From contig JAHLWZ010000804.1 of NCBI GenBank assembly GCA_020536535.1, forward strand, positions 62,001-126,000: DNA of 64,000 nt, given 5' to 3'. Below, one piece after another: positions 53,779 to 64,000 of this stretch. The position numbers were made by a program, and so were the translations under genes. Source of the stretch: Pelomyxa schiedti. Its lineage: Eukaryota > Protista > Evosea. Under the pieces are notes generated by a model. It saw nothing but the letters and a program-made list of their open reading frames with translations. It ran no database searches and was not told the DNA's origin. Numbering within the stretch: position 1 is the stretch's first letter; the number at the start of each line of letters is the position of its first letter.

Positions 53779-56084
53779 ATGTGGAGCGTCTTTGACGATG
53801 TTAGCGGAGATGCGATTGTGGCGTTTACAGTGCAAGGCAAAGACAGTAAGTCAGTGAGGGTGAAAAGGACAAAGATCCCCGGTTGCGCATACTCAGGGGG
53901 ACCAGATGTTACCACAACAGCGGTGCCGAATGAAGTTGAGATCCCGTGCTCAAGCCTTTTGTGCATGTCTACTGTGGGAGACTCCGCATCAGGCTTGTGC
54001 GCTATCCTTAATCATACTGGAGCGTTTTTGTTTTACATGCCTATGTCTGCAGATCCAAGCACTTATTAGCGGTGACAGATTCGAAACACAATGTTTCGTT
54101 GTGGTCAGCGAGTACTCCTGCAAAAAGCACAGCGATCCATTGCAACCAAGTGGTGTCTTTCTCCTCCCTTCCAGGCTCCCTTGTCGAAAAACATGTAACT
54201 CAAGGTTCCTCAAACTAAGTTCTCTGACCTGCCTCCTGTTTTTAACTCACAAAATAAAAATGTGAAGCTTCCTCCTGGGCACTTGGCAATGGCCCTGTAC
54301 TACTCGGTGTCTTATGTGCGCCTGCAAAAGCTCGTAACACTCCCTCCAAACCCCCTTCTTCTTCTATCCGCCCTCTTAAGCTGCTCCACTGTCCAAATCA
54401 CGCTTCTCTTGATGTACTGGTTGTAGCTTGGTCTACAACACAACTGCAGTCTTCAGAGACTAGTCAACCAACTACCAAAAAAAGGAGGACATCTTCTGTT
54501 ATCCAAAAAGATACTACTGAAGCAGCCAGTGCCACGCCGTTACGGGATACCCGCAGAGCATCTTTCATCAAAACACAAGTTTGCACAAGCTACAGAGAGA
54601 GTATTCCTCCACTTGTACATATGGAATCTAGTGCCACTGCAACTGGAACTTGTGTTACTCTCATCTTTCCCACACCAGTACTCCTGGATGCTGTTCGTGT
54701 CAGTGGATGGCAATGGGGAATGACCAGAATTACGTTTACGAATAACCAGGACCCGGAATCCACGAGGTGAACAGCAGGATTACAGACCTCCAGTAGTAAC
54801 ACTTTTCCACATTAGTGGTACATGGAGTGGTATGCCCACAGACCTTGCCGCCACAGCTTGCGCCATTTCCACAAGTCATGAGTTTGTTGCCGTGGGCACA
54901 GTTAACTGCCGTGTAGCACTTCTTGATAGGGAGACTTGGGACATTATTTCTGTTGTGGAATCACCTGGCATATGCCTGTCACTGTGAGGTCTACTTTGGA
55001 AGTCTTTTCATGTAACAACAATATAGAAAGACCCTCTCCATAGTTCCCAATGCCATTACATTAGTCCTGCTTTATGCACCTGATAATCTAATACCTCACG
55101 AAAAAAGCCACTCTTGTCTCATAAGTGAGATGTCTCTCACTTCCATGAAAACTACAAGTACATATGAACATTTTCACTTAGCGACTCACAAATCATCTGG
55201 CTGAATAAAGACTATATCATTCACAGTGTGATAAGTGTGATATCTGGTGATATTTATGGGAATGGCCAGCAACAAGTAGTGACAATCCATTCTATCGATG
55301 ATACCGCGGAATGTAAAGCCACTGTCACAGATATCGCCACTCTTGTCACTTCGCAGAGTGGTAAGCACTATTTCCAGTAACCTTAGACTTACACATTAAT
55401 AGACCACAGTGAAGTTGTAAACACCCCATTCTCCCGTTTGGCTGCAGAGTTACTAGCTTCATCCTCACAGACAGCAAGCAATCTGGAAACTCTCTCTTCG
55501 AATGTATTGTATCTTGGGTTTTGTTCTCATCGTTTAATTGTAACAAAAGATACAACAAGAGCAACAATTGATTTGCCACGCGCACACGGTCTTGCGTACT
55601 CTATCATCAAAAACTGAGTAAGTGGAATGTGCCAAACAGTCTACCTTCTAATAATGCTTTCAGGCTTCCATCACCCTCATTTCTGAACACAGTACCACTG
55701 TTCTCTGCACCAGCTCCAAATAGTTCCAGTGCAGGTTGTTTCAATACTATGTTTCCTTGCAACCAAAACTTTTTTTTAGTTACAACACTCGTACCTGATG
55801 GCGACCCCTTTTTTGATCAACTCAACGAACTTCTGCGCGGTGTACAACAGATGCCCCCAAAGTCAAGTATCGAAATTCCTCCATTTACCCACCTCAAAAT
55901 CACTAATGCCTCTCAGGTACTCCCTCCGACTCTGCTTCACACAAAATCCTCCAAATCCAAAAAGAAATCTCTGACATCAACCATGGTCTTGCAACAGAGA
56001 GTCACACACCAGCACCCACCGATGTACTCCGGCAGATTGCAACCACAGATTTTTTGTTCAGCACCCTGTGAAGAAACAAAATAG
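53779..56084 (+). CDS. Hypothetical multi-exon protein with beta-propeller-like segments (weak FANCB-like resemblance)
   Basis: Exons include CAISTSHEFVAVGTVNCRVALLD and SVISGDIYGNGQQQVV (FANCB has a DDF.G.GTEQV motif). Exon structure only partly resolved. Confidence 0.5.
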
Positions 56085-56111
56085 AAAAGACTTGGTTTAC
56101 AAGTTCATCCG

Positions 56112-60707
<4,596 letters not shown>

Positions 60708-60894
60708 CAGCTTAATTGAGGCGAAATTGTCCACTGAGTTGTTCTGACCATCGAGTTTCGTCAGTGCACTCTGATCCTCTTGTTGTGCCAAGTGCAAGTA
60801 CCTGGTGTCGAAGTGACCCTGAACGAGGTGGGATGGCTTTTCACGGGGACGGGGCAGCACCGGCCAATTCGACTAACACCGAAACAACACACAA

Positions 60895-61827
60895 ATGGCG
60901 GTTCGACAGCTCAACACGCTACTTATGCTGGTGCTGCTGGCGGGCGACCTCCGCTTCATCTCGGACTGGCGCATCGTCGCGGTCGCCACGGCAGTCGCCG
61001 ACGCCGCGCTGGCGCTGTGGCTCGCCCGCGCGGCCATGTCGACGCGCCCGCCGCCCCGCGAGGGCCGCGCCACCGCCGCCTGGAGCTGCGTCGCGGGCCT
61101 CCTGGGCTTCTGCACCCCGGTCTCCCTCTACTACTACCACGCGGGCCGGGGCGGCTCCCCAGCGCCGCCGCTGCGGGCCGACCGCGTGGGCTTCCTCCTC
61201 GCGGGCCTGCCGTTCCTCTTCTCCCTGCTCATGAAGCTTCCCACAATTAGCAGGTTCAGCTCGTCGCAGCGGGCCCCGGCCCCGCCTGGGCCCCCGGCGC
61301 ACGCCACGACCGTCACTCCTGGCGAGCCTACTGCCAAATCCAACAGGAAAAAGAAATCCGCGTCATCATCGACGCCACTACTTGCAACTGCAACTACAAC
61401 AACAACCACTACAACGACGACAACACCAACTACAACTGGCTCTAAAAAGACACAGAAGAAGAGCGAGAATGATTCTTGGTTCTACAGGGCACCTTCGGAT
61501 AAGCAAGATAGCCACTTGGTTCTGCTGATTGGCCTTATATGTTTCTCCTGCACATACTTGCTGTCATTCATTGTGTCTGATGGGTTCATTGACCCGGCTT
61601 CTGTTCTGGAATCGACTGGCTTGTCTGTGTACTTCTGGGTGGCACTGCCTTGCTATTTTGGTGCTGTGTTAAATTCACTGGTGATGCTGTCCAGGCTGGC
61701 TACACTGGATGTTGGTGACAAGTTTGTATGTTCAGTTGTAGTTCTGGGTGCCCTGGGTGGATTAGTGCAGTGGAACTATTTACGTTTTGGTGTTCCATTG
61801 GCTGCGTGTATATTGGCAGCAGTATAG
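60895..61827 (+). CDS. Intronless hypothetical multi-pass membrane protein with poly-Thr loop
   Basis: 310-aa ORF with about 7-8 hydrophobic segments; head-to-head with PEX1. Confidence 0.72.
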   Translation: MAVRQLNTLLMLVLLAGDLRFISDWRIVAVATAVADAALALWLARAAMSTRPPPREGRATAAWSCVAGLLGFCTPVSLYYYHAGRGGSPAPPLRADRVGFLLAGLPFLFSLLMKLPTISRFSSSQRAPAPPGPPAHATTVTPGEPTAKSNRKKKSASSSTPLLATATTTTTTTTTTTPTTTGSKKTQKKSENDSWFYRAPSDKQDSHLVLLIGLICFSCTYLLSFIVSDGFIDPASVLESTGLSVYFWVALPCYFGAVLNSLVMLSRLATLDVGDKFVCSVVVLGALGGLVQWNYLRFGVPLAACILAAV

Positions 61828-61869
61828 GTAGGTGGAAATAAATTGTTGAAAAAGGGAAAAAAAAAAAAA

Positions 61870-62841
61870 TTAAAGCCAAAATTCTTTTATTACTGGGAGA
61901 AGTTCCTTACATAGTCGTTGTATTGGCAAGCCCGTTACATTCCAGTAGCACCTTGATTTTGTTGGAGTTGTAAAAATCTCATAAATCCTTACCCTGATAT
62001 TCCCTTTATGAAGCACGTCCCGAGTTCCTGAATTCCATAGCCCCCGGCTTTGTCCCTGGAAATACAGTCATTTCACTTGTGAATGAGGGTCAGAGTTTTA
62101 CATTGGACTGCCAGTGTCTGCATAGCACTTGGCCATTTCGGGTGTGATTGCATCAAAGGTCACTTCAGTTGTCTCAGTGAAACGACGGACAAGGTGTGCT
62201 TGTGGCATGGCTTGGGTAGGTGCTCCAGTTGTTTCAGTTGTTGTGCTGGTTGCTTGTGGAGGAAGGATAAGGCAAACTGCTGTGTGCACCCTGTGAGTCT
62301 TTCCACTTAGTTTCATGAGAATCTACTGAGTATAAAAAAAAAAAAGCCAAGATGCAAGTGTTATTGGAAACCTCTACTGCATTTGCGTGACTTGTTGGCT
62401 TTTCCACAATTTCCCCATCAACATCCTGTTTGTGAATGGGTCAAGTTGTCAGTAATGCCGCTAACCTATTGCACCACAATAGTGTCGGCACTAATTATCA
62501 GGTCAGGCAAGGCATCTCCCAGTCGCTGGTACACTTCAAGCCCCTTTCTCCAGGCAGTTTCTGGAAGTATTAAAGGGAATTCTTAGAGAAACCAAAAAAA
62601 AAAAGAAAGAACCTGCCTGAAACATAGTCCAAACAAGAAGCAAATGATTTCTTATCCAAGGTTTCTGGAAAATAAAATGAACAGAAACAAAAAAAAAAAA
62701 AGCACCACAACTACCATCAAATCTGCTGGGCACCACATCAACAACCAGTCCCATAATTTTCATTGCCTCCAGGCGGCGTGGGGACGCAGACGCCAGTACT
62801 ATTCGTTTGCGCCGCAAGAGTGCCAAGTACTCAATGATCAT
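61870..62841 (-). CDS. Maf-family nucleoside-triphosphate pyrophosphatase (YhdE/ASMTL-like)
   Basis: IVLASASPRR, PSRFDE, IISADTIV, EKP, LSGKTHRVHTAV, DKAGGYGIQ, NVTGLP. Confidence 0.93.
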
Positions 62842-62876
62842 TTCGGCTTGAAAGAAAAATGAATTGGGAAAACAAT

Positions 62877-63898
62877 TCAATGGTTATTTCGTGGTAGGAG
62901 ATACACCCAAGGTCCATGAGGAGACGACGAAGTTTTCTTTTGCCAGAAATCGGAATGATCTGCATGGGGTTGCCAATGTGCCACATGTGCAGACAAGAGG
63001 GAGGCAGCAAAGTGAACTGTCATCACGTGCTCAGCCTTGGGAATCTCGTCTGGGGTGGTGCAATGAAGGTCCACAACAAACCAGTCACGCAATTCCAGAA
63101 TATCGTAGGCCCCTGTTGCGAATCTCCTGCGGTGTTCCTCGATGCCTGATTTTTGTTTATGGGAAACATATATGCCTCTTAACAGTCCCACATTTCGGTC
63201 AATATAGCCAGTGCTGCGCATCCCAAAGCAGCCAACATCGCACTTGGCAGATTCATCAACAAAGCACGGTAAACCAGAGTAACACAGTGGTCAGTCACAA
63301 ACTCGAATAACTCAAGGCAAGTTGCATTTCTTCTGCTGTACACGCCTACAAAGTTAAGCCCTTCATTCTGCAGATGTGTTGTCAGAGGACCACCTCTGGA
63401 TGGGAGCGGCATTGCCATTTCTGTTGTTTCAAAAAAAAAAACCCACACCTGAAACACAAAGCACAGATAAAATAAGAGGGCAGGACTCAATGCCTTCAAG
63501 GATCATAGTAATATATCTTGGTGTCGTCATTGTGGTCAGTTTGGCTTCGACGGCCCCACTCTACGCGATACCGACTTCCGGACTATATCGAGAGCCTCTC
63601 CTTGATTTTTGATGCTTTGGCTTGCATTGCTTCCTCATACCTGGTTAGCTCCAGCCTGAGCCTATGTACTTCTTCTCAACAACGCGTCCTCCTTCTCCCT
63701 TGCCAGCCTGGCCTCCTCTTCCTTCAGGCTGTTTCCTTTGGTCAGTCGGTGCTTCTTGGGCCTCACGCACACGGCATTACGCGAGCCTCGGGCCGAACAA
63801 GACCACCAACGCGGCGCCGTCGTCGCCATCCGTCCCCGTAGCGATCGCGTCCACCATCTCTCGCGTGCTCTTTGGCTGAACCGGGGAATGCTTGCCAT
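62877..63898 (-). pseudogene. Possible disrupted gene (coiled-coil segment plus unknown C-terminal domain)
   Basis: LKEEEARLAREKEDALL continues as EEVHRLRLELTRYEE only after a 1-nt shift near 63674. Later stops are not removed by obvious introns. A 114-aa C-terminal ORF lies at 62877..63221. Confidence 0.35.
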
Positions 63899-64000
63899 GA
63901 CTCTGGTGTGTAACTGCTACCGATGTCTCCTTGTTATTAGATCATCTGTAATCTCGAAATTCGCCTTTTGTTTTTCCCTTTCTTTTCGTTTTTCCGTGTA

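Overview
Gene-dense eukaryotic DNA with many short spliceosomal introns (mostly about 35-70 nt), so the ORF track shows exon fragments. Gene content points to an anaerobic amoebozoan, probably an archamoeba of the Pelomyxa/Mastigamoeba type; this is an inference from PFOR, bacterial-type Fe-S proteins, PEX1, a cAMP-receptor-like GPCR and a Dictyostelium-type snRNA promoter element. About 22 protein genes were reconstructed by hand: partial ADP-forming acyl-CoA synthetase, PFOR, spastizin/ZFYVE26, a TRIM-like E3 with a glycine-rich domain, a membrane-anchored 4Fe-4S protein, a Parkin-like RBR E3, an aspartyl protease, DDX6, dynein intermediate chain, a fucose-isomerase-like protein, an EFR1-type flavodoxin-ferredoxin, a GPCR, FAM204A, PMCA, a DUF4062-NACHT-TPR protein, pelota, an M28 peptidase, PEX1, Maf and three unknowns. 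Top findings: (1) a U1 snRNA gene at 53512-53671, with a correctly spaced DUSE promoter element, whose 5' splice-site-pairing end reads AUACGUACCUG instead of the near-universal AUACUUACCUG, matching the frequent C/U at donor +4 in local introns; (2) a non-animal Parkin homologue with RING0 and its Ubl domain placed between IBR and RING2; (3) a PFOR with an altered substrate pocket, in tandem with a probable ADP-forming acyl-CoA synthetase; (4) a TRIM E3 ending in a polyglycine domain. CDS coordinates are gene spans including introns, and homology calls come from recognised motifs, not database searches.
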